DNA from: Capsulimonadales bacterium
Lineage (GTDB): Bacteria; Armatimonadota; Armatimonadia; Armatimonadales; Armatimonadaceae
DNA: 64,000 nt
Direction of reading: 5' to 3'
NCBI GenBank assembly: GCA_033762295.1
Contig: JANRLW010000064.1
Coordinates: 32,001 to 96,000, forward strand
Shown here: positions 21,054 to 29,477 of the stretch, in pieces
Numbering within the stretch: position 1 is the stretch's first letter
Layout: each line of letters opens with the position of its first letter
Program-made: the position numbers and the translations under genes
The notes under the pieces: generated by a model
Database searches by the model: none
What the model was told of the DNA's origin: nothing
What the model saw: the letters and a program-made list of their open reading frames with translations, nothing else

Positions 21054-21563
21054 TTACAGCCGGTGCGCTCCGTGCGCTTCCGGGTCATAGCCGGAAGGCC
21101 ATACTGTGTTATCATTGAACTTCACTCCACTGAGCAGGGGCGAAGTTTCCGAAGGGGAACGCAGGTCAGCCAAACCGTTTACCAGCACCTTTGCCGCTTC
21201 AAGCGTAACCCCTTGCAGTGATGTTCCAATCACCGTTGCGCCGGTTAAATCGGCCCCTTGTAGAAGGGCATCGTCAAAAGTCGCGCAGTCAAGGTAAGCG
21301 GATTGCATCGTCGCATTGGTCAAGTTGGCTCTATGAAGGTAGGCATTCGTAAGGTTCGCGCCCGTTAAATCCGCGCCTGACAGGTCGGCTTCCCGAAGGT
21401 CGGCATTACGCAGGTCGGCACTACGTAGGGACGCTCCTTTAAGGTCGGCTCCGACAAGCCATGCACGGTGTAAATTCGCCCCGTCAAGGTTGGCTCCTTG
21501 TAGGGTGTCTACATCGAACGTTGCCATCACCTTTGCCGTTGTGTAGTCACGCACCTGGTACAC
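21054..21563 (-). CDS. pentapeptide repeat protein (in immunity-gene position)
   Basis: Tandem A(D/N)Lxx repeats, C-terminal T.WP.GYDP; RBS GGAG upstream of GTG. Confidence 0.88.
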   Translation of the reverse strand: MYQVRDYTTAKVMATFDVDTLQGANLDGANLHRAWLVGADLKGASLRSADLRNADLREADLSGADLTGANLTNAYLHRANLTNATMQSAYLDCATFDDALLQGADLTGATVIGTSLQGVTLEAAKVLVNGLADLRSPSETSPLLSGVKFNDNTVWPSGYDPEAHGAHRL

Positions 21564-21610
21564 GGTAGTTCTCCCTGCAAAGTATAGCCCGTTCTAATGG
21601 GGCGTTTGTT

Positions 21611-21670
21611 GCGGCGCGTCAGGCGAACGGATACAAAGGCAGGGGAAGGCCACGTAAAGCCCGTACCTAA
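21611..21670 (+). pseudogene. small basic protein remnant, copy C (AT-hook-like)
   Basis: AARQANGYKGRGRPRKART* matches AAVAANG..GRKP and NGGRP of copies A/B. Confidence 0.5.
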
Positions 21671-21728
21671 ATGCCGCGTGACTGAACCGCAGACATTAAA
21701 AACATTGACAAGACATCACACCGGATTA

Positions 21729-22022
21729 TTAAGCAATATTATTGTTAATTACGCTCTTAACAAAGTCTTCAACAACCCGTCTTGCAGCACCCCAATCACT
21801 GAAGGCATATGTCTTCCAGTAGACTTGCGCTCCGCTGTCTACGTCAATTACTTCTAAATCACAACTCCCTAAGTCCCACAATGTAACTCGCGCCATCTTC
21901 ACCTCTGTCTCTACATCTAAGTAGGCAGAGTTATTTGCGTTCGTTACGAATGAAAGTGTAGCCGCGTCCGCTTCTCGGCTCCATTCATTGAACCATTGTC
22001 GGAATTGTTCAGTTAGCGCCAT
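21729..22022 (-). CDS. TriTu-like immunity protein
   Basis: F..W...ARVTLWDLGSCDLEVIDVDSG resembles the TriTu RFTVWDD.SC..EVMDVDTG pattern as recalled; overlaps end of TreTu-like tip. Confidence 0.72.
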   Translation of the reverse strand: MALTEQFRQWFNEWSREADAATLSFVTNANNSAYLDVETEVKMARVTLWDLGSCDLEVIDVDSGAQVYWKTYAFSDWGAARRVVEDFVKSVINNNIA

Positions 22023-22489
22023 TTGCTTGCTATCGGATTTATATTTTGTGCGGCAGGCATTTGTGGGATAGGCAAACCTTTACGAGCAGCCAAACGGCCT
22101 TGAAGAGAGTTCGGACCAATAATTTTTGCCCACCCTTCTGAAGTTGGAACAACAGATGAAGAAGGAACATCAAACTCAACATAAACAGAACCGGGTTTGG
22201 CTTGCCGTATGAAAGCATTCATGTCTGCTGGGTGAGCAACGTGTGTTGTACCACTTAGTACTACAGCGGCACATAGCCTGAAAAGCCGTCGGGAACCGTA
22301 AGAATAGTGTTATTGGTTGCGTCTGGAGCCTACCCCTGGCAGACGAAAAATCAACTGCGGCTGTAGTACTAGGCTTTCTGGAACCATGCCTGTTCGTTCC
22401 ATAGCAGCCAACTCATCAGGGTGCATCCATCGTCCTACTGTGGTAAGACAGTCGTTATGCACCCATGTCCCACCACTGGCTTTGCCAGC
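22013..22489 (-). pseudogene. TreTu-like ADP-ribosyltransferase toxin tip with Hint tail, 5'-truncated and interrupted by a MITE
   Basis: After removing the insertion: GKASGGTWVHN/DCLTTVGRWMHPDELAAMERTGMVPESLSGTTHVAHPADMNAF...YVEFDVP...EGWAKIIGP...GRLAARKGLP. Confidence 0.8.
22258..22369. mobile_element. 112-bp MITE / IS remnant with terminal inverted repeats (IS701- or IS630-like ends)
   Basis: Left TAGTACTACAGCGGCA vs right reverse complement TAGTACTACAGCCGCA (15/16 including the flanking TA); removing the element plus one TA restores the toxin frame. Confidence 0.85.
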
Positions 22490-22513
22490 CGCCGGGAGGC
22501 GGCCAAGTTGTAG
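22490..22513 (+). pseudogene. small basic protein remnant, copy D (last 7 codons)
   Basis: RREAAKL* vs RRKAGKL* of copy B; same 10-bp gap to the convergent stop codon. Confidence 0.45.
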
Positions 22514-22523
22514 GGATTATTTG

Positions 22524-22781
22524 CTATGCTGGCAACGATGTTGGAGCAATAACCGTTAAGCCATAATCCTCTGCTAAGTATTCGACCTTACGGAACTCTT
22601 CGCTTGTAAGCCAAATATCTGCCTCTTCTTCAGACGCGAACGAGTAGAACTTTTGCTCAACCTGTATTGTTGCCGTCCCGTCAGTAAGGACATGGAGCAA
22701 CGCAAGATACAAAGTGCGCTGGTCGCTGTAGAATGCGGCATCGTCATACCACCATTCGGACCTAATCACAGACTGTTTCAT
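22524..22781 (-). CDS. putative orphan immunity protein
   Basis: 85-aa acidic/aromatic AT-rich ORF in the toxin array, overlapping the end of the upstream ORF. Confidence 0.55.
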   Translation of the reverse strand: MKQSVIRSEWWYDDAAFYSDQRTLYLALLHVLTDGTATIQVEQKFYSFASEEEADIWLTSEEFRKVEYLAEDYGLTVIAPTSLPA

Positions 22782-23079
22782 AAGTATATGGTTCTATGGT
22801 AGTTACTGTGCAGGCTATAGAATCGTTTGCGTTGCCGTTCTTTGTCGATACCATTGCTTCGCTTTCGCCCCACAGACCGAACAGCGCGACGAAGGCGACC
22901 AATATGCCAACCGTCCACAGGGCGAACGGTCGGCGCGGCGCGTTCGTCACCGGCGGGGGCGTTGCCGCCGTCGTGTTCGGCTTCGGCGTCGCTATCTGCT
23001 TGGCTTTCTGCTCTTGCGCCTTCCGGTCGGCGCGTCTTTCTTCCCGGTTCATGGCTTGCCGCCTAAAATGCCCGTTCAC
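22762..23079 (-). pseudogene. chimeric ORF: GC-rich N-terminal leader with TM helix fused to AT-rich toxin-like tail
   Basis: RBS GGAGG, charged leader + TM (FALWTVGILVAFVALFGLW), abrupt composition change near 22860. Confidence 0.45.
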
Positions 23080-23152
23080 TGCCTCCCGACGGCAAACCCC
23101 CTTGCACAGAGCAAGCGGGGCGACTTCGTTGTCATTCCTGCTCAGAGGAGGG

Positions 23153-23455
23153 TTAGAAAATTGGCTTGCAGTTCTCGGCTACTTCCACCTTCCCGCCGCG
23201 GGCTTCAAAGCCGACGGCACGGTCCCTTAGAATAACCGTATCCTCGTACACGCTATCCGCGTTCACCTTTTCAATCTCGAAATTCGCCCCATCCCATCCT
23301 GTTGGGCCGCATAAAAAAGACAGGTCGGCACAGCTTATATGAAGGTTGCCCTTGCTTCCCTCACGTTCGACCCGGAGTGTCAGCACTCTATGGGAGACGG
23401 TGTACTCCCATATTTTGACTCTGCCTCCCCGCCACCTGTTGATAAGTGTTTCCAT
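23153..23455 (-). CDS. putative immunity protein
   Basis: 100-aa ORF just downstream of a toxin-like tip; IWEYTVSHRVLTLR pattern. Confidence 0.6.
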   Translation of the reverse strand: METLINRWRGGRVKIWEYTVSHRVLTLRVEREGSKGNLHISCADLSFLCGPTGWDGANFEIEKVNADSVYEDTVILRDRAVGFEARGGKVEVAENCKPIF

Positions 23456-23464
23456 GACAGGAAT

Positions 23465-23764
23465 TTACGGTATGGATACCGGGCTTCCTCCCAAGTAAAA
23501 AGGTGTTTTCGCATGGGAGGCCGGGTTAGTCATAATGTAGTGAAGTTCAGAATCGGTCATGTTTACCAAACGAAAACCGTCTGTTCCTTTCCGCACAGCA
23601 TTTTCCACACCTTCAACGCCCATACCATCAAGCGCAAAGTGGATATGACGCGCTCTGTGTACCGCGTGATGGAAAGCGCGTCCTCTACCCATTATCGTTG
23701 CTTCGCTCAACTTGTGAGTATAAAAACTCAAATCCGCACCGGATATTTTTTGTCCGTTAGCCAT
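23465..23764 (-). pseudogene. orphan, probably chimeric, polymorphic toxin tip fragment
   Basis: C-half ARHIHFALDG...MTDSELHYIMTN...KTPFY parallels AKRILFN...ITEAEMNYLLNN...KVHIF of the tip at 20276. Confidence 0.55.
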
Positions 23765-23923
23765 CGCATTGCGCCTTCCGTTCCTCCGAAACGACCGGAC
23801 GGGCGCGGCGGGCGGTCCGGCAGGAAATCCGTCGAAACGAAACCGAAAAGGGCTCTGCGTTTCCCGTGCGGTTCAGGTTCTTTAGCGCGGAACGTTTCGC
23901 GGCGATAGTGGTATAACGAGACG

Positions 23924-25699
23924 ATGCTTCGACGATTCTTCGCCTATTATCGCCCCCATCTCGGGCTGTTCAGTCTGGACTTCTCCTGCGCGGTCCTCTC
24001 CGGTCTGCTCGAACTGGCCTTTCCGCTGGCCGTTCGCTCCTATGTCGATCAACTGCTGCCGAGCGGCAACTGGACCCTGATTCTGGGGGCGGCGGCGGGA
24101 TTGCTGCTGATCTATCTGATCAATACCGGTCTGCAATACGTCGTCAACTACTGGGGACACGTTCTCGGTATCTCCATCGAGACGGAGATGCGCCGTAAAA
24201 TTTTCGATCATCTGCAAAAACTATCCTTCCGGTTTTACGACAACCAGAAAACCGGGCATCTGGTCGCGCGGATTACCAAGGACCTGGAGGAGATCGGCGA
24301 GGTGGCGCACCACGGTCCGGAGGACGCCTTTATCGCCATCATGACCTTCCTGGGCTCCTTCGTCCTTATGTTCCAGCTGCATCCCCAACTGGCGCTGATC
24401 ACCGGGATTGTCGTCCCGCCGATGACCTTCATCTACACCCGCTACGGACGGGCGATGACCCAGACCATGCGGAACCTCTTCAGCCAGGTCGGGAATTTTA
24501 ACGCCCGCATCGAGGAGAACGTCGGCGGTATCCGCGTCGTGCAGGCGTTCGCCAACGAGGAGCACGAACGTAAACTTTTCGCCCTCGACAACGAAAAGTA
24601 CCGCGACACCAAGCTGGACGCCTACCGCCTGATGTCCCGCAGCATGTCGCTCAGCTACATGACCATGCGTATCGTCCAGCTCTTCGTCATGATCGCCGGC
24701 GCCTACTTCGTTCTGCGGAATCAACTGACGGTCGGCGGGTTTATGGGCTTCCTGCTGCTGGTGAACGTCTTCTTCCGCCCGGTCGAGAAGATCAACGCCG
24801 TGCTGGAGACCTATCCGAAGGGGATCGCCGGGTTCAAACGCTACACCGAACTGCTGGACACCGTGCCCGATATTCAGGACGCTCCGGACGCGATCGACGC
24901 CGGGCATCTTCGGGGGGATATCCGTCTGGAAAACGTCAGCTTCGGTTACGACACCCACAAAAAGGTGCTGAACGGGATCGATCTGACGATTCGTGCCGGG
25001 GAGACGATCGCCTTCGTCGGACCCAGTGGCGCGGGCAAGACGACGATCTGCTCCCTGGTGCCCCGCTTTTATGAGATCGACGGCGGACGCATCACCATCG
25101 ACGGCCTCGATCTGAGGACGTTGACGCTGGCCTCCCTGCGCCGGAATATCGGGATCGTTCAACAGGATGTCTTCCTGTTCGCCGGGTCGATCCGCGAGAA
25201 TATCGCCTACGGCCGACTGGAAGCGACCGAGGAGGAGATTTGGGACGCGGCCCGTCGGGCGCGTCTCGACGAGATGATCGAACGTCTGCCGGACGGACTC
25301 GACACGATCATTGGCGAACGGGGCGTCAAGCTGTCCGGCGGACAGAAGCAGCGACTCGCCATCGCCCGCATGTTCCTGAAGAATCCGCCGATCCTGATCC
25401 TGGATGAGGCGACCTCCGCCCTGGATACGGAGACCGAACGCGCGATCCAGGCGTCGCTTGCCGAACTGGCGGTAGGGCGTACGACCCTGGTGATCGCCCA
25501 TCGACTGGCGACAATCCGCAACGCCGATCGAATCGTGGTCGTGGACGAGTCCGGGGTGGCCGAACAGGGACGTCATCAGGACCTGCTGGCCCGTGGCGGC
25601 GTCTACGCCCGTCTGCACGAGGCGCAAAACGCTCCGCCGATCGGTATGGAGTCCGTCCGGACCGGGCGCAACCACCCCGGCGAACCGGTCAGGGTTTGA
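23924..25699 (+). CDS. ABC exporter, fused permease + ATPase (MsbA/YwjA-like)
   Basis: TM domain, GPSGAGKTT, LSGGQKQRLAIAR, ILDEATSALD, IAHRL. Confidence 0.95.
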   Translation: MLRRFFAYYRPHLGLFSLDFSCAVLSGLLELAFPLAVRSYVDQLLPSGNWTLILGAAAGLLLIYLINTGLQYVVNYWGHVLGISIETEMRRKIFDHLQKLSFRFYDNQKTGHLVARITKDLEEIGEVAHHGPEDAFIAIMTFLGSFVLMFQLHPQLALITGIVVPPMTFIYTRYGRAMTQTMRNLFSQVGNFNARIEENVGGIRVVQAFANEEHERKLFALDNEKYRDTKLDAYRLMSRSMSLSYMTMRIVQLFVMIAGAYFVLRNQLTVGGFMGFLLLVNVFFRPVEKINAVLETYPKGIAGFKRYTELLDTVPDIQDAPDAIDAGHLRGDIRLENVSFGYDTHKKVLNGIDLTIRAGETIAFVGPSGAGKTTICSLVPRFYEIDGGRITIDGLDLRTLTLASLRRNIGIVQQDVFLFAGSIRENIAYGRLEATEEEIWDAARRARLDEMIERLPDGLDTIIGERGVKLSGGQKQRLAIARMFLKNPPILILDEATSALDTETERAIQASLAELAVGRTTLVIAHRLATIRNADRIVVVDESGVAEQGRHQDLLARGGVYARLHEAQNAPPIGMESVRTGRNHPGEPVRV

Positions 25700-25830
25700 G
25701 ATAGGGGGCGAGGACCTGCGTCCAGAGTTTGTACCCCTCCGGCGAAAGGTGAAGCCGGTCCGCGACGTACAGTTCCGGACGTGGCTCACCGTTCTCCCCG
25801 AGCATCGGGGTATGGACGTCCACGAACGCC
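25614..25830 (+). repeat. 217-bp direct repeat, copy 1 (left island flank)
   Basis: Identical to 30540-30756 except A25701/G30627. Confidence 0.96.
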
Positions 25831-25874
25831 GACCGGGTTTGTCGATGCCAGGTGTACGGGTTGGCGGCGGACCG

Positions 25875-27272
25875 CTATGACCTTTGGTTGTTTTGAAGTG
25901 CAGTCCGGGTCATCAGGTCGAGCACCTTTCCCCCTGGTGAGAGGCTGATGGCTGTATACCGATGGGCAAGAGCTATGGGTATCACGGCATTACGATAAAG
26001 ATCGCTCTCGAAATGATTGATCAACGCCAATGCTCGCGAAAGATTCGGGTAATTGGCCATGTCTGTCTTGAAAGTTTTGTGAAAACTCGGATTTCCACTT
26101 TTTGACGCTACCGGGTAAGGTATGCCAAAGACGAAGTTGCGTCCGCTCTTGCTTTTGTAAATGAAATCTTGCCCATAATAATCTTCATCCCCAAAGCCAT
26201 TCTTCGCCTCCGTCCTCTGAACAATATGTTCATACCGGTAATCGTCGGCGATGGGAAGGATGCGTTCGCGCGGTACATATTTCTCGATTAGAGTAACGTG
26301 GTCGACAACTTGTCCCGTCTTTTGAAGGCCAATCATCAGAAGGTCAGGACGACCAAGGGAGTGAAGTTTCTTTCGGACGGTATCCAAGTAAGACATGATC
26401 GCACGGCTTAACCAGGCACCGTTGCCGAACACGGCCAGCGGCCCATCCATAAAGAAAGCGACATCCCCCAGTACATTGGGCATTATTTTCATCATGTGTC
26501 GAGCCCAGTGAATCGGTAGCATATGCTCCACTTGGAGCATACACCGGGAAAGTGCCTGATAGCTGGACTGGAAATCGCTGACCTCTTCCCAGAGACGGAG
26601 GCAATCCGACGGATAGATTTCGTTTTTGCAAGCCGGGCAGAATTGCGGTTCAGGAACATCCTTCACCTTTACGTCTTGTTCAGAGCAGGACGGACACCGC
26701 GACACGGTTAATGTCATCGTATCCCTACCGCCATGGCGGTGGCTTGCGAGATGAAATAATGTGGTACGAAGGCTCGTGTCTGGATCATTCGCCACAAAAC
26801 GCGTATTCTCACCATAAAGGTAGGCGTCGAGAACAGCGCGGAAACTATCCCGGACGGATTTCTTCCCTTTGAGAACGTTAGCACTCGGCAAGACGATCAA
26901 GAGTGAATCCTTGTTGCGTTGCAATGCGGCAACCTTAAAAGGATCAACAAACTTCCGGTCCGGCGTACGCAGATCACCGAACTCCGAAAGCATGATCATC
27001 ATGGCACTGACCTTGATGTAGCCTACTTTGCTACTCGGAAGTTTGTCATCTATACTCGATTCGTGAACGCTTCCATCCACTGCGACAATTCGCTCCGGGA
27101 GCGTCTGCGGGTCGCCGAGGGCGGTCGGCGAAAACATTTCGGCAATCGCCTGCCCTTCCTCATCCGACGGTTCTCGCAGGTATTCGCACTCCGCAAGAAA
27201 CGCCGCGACATCCGGATTCTTGATGATGTCGGAATGAGACGCCTTATTGGCAAATTCCCCTTGGTATGGCAT
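25875..27272 (-). CDS. NurA-like nuclease with inserted Zn-finger
   Basis: IVAVDGS, FMDGPL, IGLQKTG, PIALAHRY; CPSC...CPAC insertion; start MPYQGE with GGAGG/GAGGG upstream. Confidence 0.82.
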   Translation of the reverse strand: MPYQGEFANKASHSDIIKNPDVAAFLAECEYLREPSDEEGQAIAEMFSPTALGDPQTLPERIVAVDGSVHESSIDDKLPSSKVGYIKVSAMMIMLSEFGDLRTPDRKFVDPFKVAALQRNKDSLLIVLPSANVLKGKKSVRDSFRAVLDAYLYGENTRFVANDPDTSLRTTLFHLASHRHGGRDTMTLTVSRCPSCSEQDVKVKDVPEPQFCPACKNEIYPSDCLRLWEEVSDFQSSYQALSRCMLQVEHMLPIHWARHMMKIMPNVLGDVAFFMDGPLAVFGNGAWLSRAIMSYLDTVRKKLHSLGRPDLLMIGLQKTGQVVDHVTLIEKYVPRERILPIADDYRYEHIVQRTEAKNGFGDEDYYGQDFIYKSKSGRNFVFGIPYPVASKSGNPSFHKTFKTDMANYPNLSRALALINHFESDLYRNAVIPIALAHRYTAISLSPGGKVLDLMTRTALQNNQRS

Positions 27273-27285
27273 CCCTCTATCCTCC

Positions 27286-29286
27286 CTAACCGGATATAGA
27301 ACGGACCCTTTCCTTCTCCGTTTCCGGGTCAAATTTATCAATCTGAACCGGAGTCACGAACGGACTGGAAAGAGTTTTTACACGGGCAAAGCCTACGTCT
27401 TGCGCCCGCACGATACTCCGGGAGAAGTCTTCGAAATCGTAGAATTGCGCCAGTTCCTTAACTTCACGCGCGTTATTGAGGTGGCTGATGAACCAATTTT
27501 CTGTGTTCGACAGAATATTCGGGTGTACGCTGGAAACTTCTTGGGTAGCGTAGACCAAGCCAATCCGGTATTTCGCTCCCTCTTTGGCAAGACGTGGCCA
27601 TGTTTCCGTCAATTCGAGATTCTTCCCAATCAAGTTATGGGCTTCTTCAATATAGACGACAATGTTTGGGGGAAATTTGCCCTCCACGAAAACTTTCATA
27701 TTCTGATCGAAAATCCGCTGTGCTATCGACTTACTGATCTTTTCCCGCAGGGTCGGGTCGCCTACCGAAAGGTCGAGAATGACGATATGTCCCTTCTTGA
27801 GGTATTCGTAAACCTCGGTGCTTACATCACCGCTGCGTCGCGGAGAGTGGTACGGCTCGATCGCGACAAGATCACGCCATCCATTAATATAGCTGCCATT
27901 TTGTTGTTGAAACAGCATGTCGAGTAGTACTTTTAACGTATCATCGATCCATGGCTTTTTTGATGAACTGGACATTAATGGTTTTTGGGCATTCTCTGCC
28001 ACCGCATTCCTAAACCATTCGACGGCCTCCTCTAAAGAAAAGCCGTTACTTGGATTGCCTAAGTCAACGCCCGCGATATTATTAACAGCCTGGCGAATCG
28101 TTGCGTTTGCATCAAAATAAACGCGATGATTCTCTGGCGGCTTAAACCCAGCCCTAAACAGCAGGCATTTATATACCGCTAAGCGAACTTGCCAGCGCTT
28201 GAATTCAGAACTGTTTTTCTCCTCGGGTTGATCAAAGCTGAGGCCGTGGAAGACGGTGATGTATCCACTGGTTCGGCCAGCAAGAGCCATCTCGCGCTTG
28301 ATGATTTCAAACCCTTCGGTTACTTGCTCGTAAAAGTTGTTGCGAAGTTCATTGAATCCTTCTGCGGGGAGCATTCGATACCGAACGGTATCGTCGGGAT
28401 AGACATCCGCTATCGAGCCATTGTCTTGCTGGTTGGCGTTCGCATACTCTCCGTTTAGGTCGAAGATGATTTGTCCAATCTTCAATCCACCCTGGAGGGA
28501 GACACGCTTAACTACGGCGACTGTCTGCTTCACCATATTGGATTTGCCGGTTCGAGTCATGCCAAGGACGGCCGTCCGACGCGCAAGGAAGTCTGACGGC
28601 TGAATCGCGACAGGTACTTTCTCGTCATCACTTCCGCGATGCAAACGGTCAGTAGACGTATACCGCACCGTTCCTAACTGGATTGGCTGAATGCTTCCTT
28701 TAATCCCGAGGGCTTTTGCCTCCTCTTCAGCTACGGCTTTTCGGATTGGGTCGACATAGTTTACGATGATTTCCAGGGCTTTTGTCCTGGGGCGATAGAC
28801 TTTGAGACGTGCGGCACTGGCAAACGATTCGAGGTCGCTGCCCATCCGGAGGTTGGAATTCTTATCCATGTAAAACGTGCCCAAGACACGGCACTGAAGC
28901 CCGCCAAACTGCATCCGGGACTGGGTGATATCGTCCATCCCCTCATCGATAGTCGGCGAAGCTTGCTCCTGGAAGTTGTCGATCTTGGTGCGGACGTTAT
29001 CGTCATCCTGTGGCAATCGACATGAACCTACGACACGTAAAAGGATCACCTCTGCGTCTGTGGGATCGAAATTGTTTGCGCCGTCTGCGGAGGCATCAAA
29101 TGCGCAGGCGATAAGGAAACTGTTATGGGGAATACCTAAGGCTTCGGCCTTCCACTTGTCGTTGGTCATCACCAAAGCCCAGTCGTAATCGATATTGTAA
29201 ACCCACCCACAAAAGTTCTCGGTCTGGATCAAGCGGAAAAGGGGATGGTTTTCCGCGACTATCCGACCCATGTTTCTGAGGCTCAT
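27286..29286 (-). CDS. HerA/FtsK-like ATPase (DUF87) with HAS-barrel-like N-terminus
   Basis: Walker A GMTRTGKS, IFDLNGEY, Walker B VYIEEAHN, KEGAKY, ATQ. Confidence 0.9.
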   Translation of the reverse strand: MSLRNMGRIVAENHPLFRLIQTENFCGWVYNIDYDWALVMTNDKWKAEALGIPHNSFLIACAFDASADGANNFDPTDAEVILLRVVGSCRLPQDDDNVRTKIDNFQEQASPTIDEGMDDITQSRMQFGGLQCRVLGTFYMDKNSNLRMGSDLESFASAARLKVYRPRTKALEIIVNYVDPIRKAVAEEEAKALGIKGSIQPIQLGTVRYTSTDRLHRGSDDEKVPVAIQPSDFLARRTAVLGMTRTGKSNMVKQTVAVVKRVSLQGGLKIGQIIFDLNGEYANANQQDNGSIADVYPDDTVRYRMLPAEGFNELRNNFYEQVTEGFEIIKREMALAGRTSGYITVFHGLSFDQPEEKNSSEFKRWQVRLAVYKCLLFRAGFKPPENHRVYFDANATIRQAVNNIAGVDLGNPSNGFSLEEAVEWFRNAVAENAQKPLMSSSSKKPWIDDTLKVLLDMLFQQQNGSYINGWRDLVAIEPYHSPRRSGDVSTEVYEYLKKGHIVILDLSVGDPTLREKISKSIAQRIFDQNMKVFVEGKFPPNIVVYIEEAHNLIGKNLELTETWPRLAKEGAKYRIGLVYATQEVSSVHPNILSNTENWFISHLNNAREVKELAQFYDFEDFSRSIVRAQDVGFARVKTLSSPFVTPVQIDKFDPETEKERVRSISG

Positions 29287-29460
29287 GTCGTCCGTACTCC
29301 TTTGCTCTCACTTTACCGGACATTAGGAGTTACCCACTCGCCGAAAAGCTTACCTACCTTAACATGAGAGCACTTTGGCGTCAATAGTAGACAGGAGATA
29401 GTAACGAAAGCGAAGGGTAGAGAAGAAGAAAGGAGGATTTTGCGAACGGCTGCACAATAG

Positions 29461-29477
29461 ATCAGGGATACCCTGAT
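29461..29477. promoter_or_regulatory. inverted repeat overlapping MTase start
   Basis: ATCAGGG-ATA-CCCTGAT in the HerA/MTase divergent intergenic region. Confidence 0.3.

Noticed and set aside
19489..23765. GCCATC near both ends of the toxin array as a target-site duplication
   Set aside because: Only 6 bp, and the right copy lies within toxin-like coding sequence; chance is sufficient.
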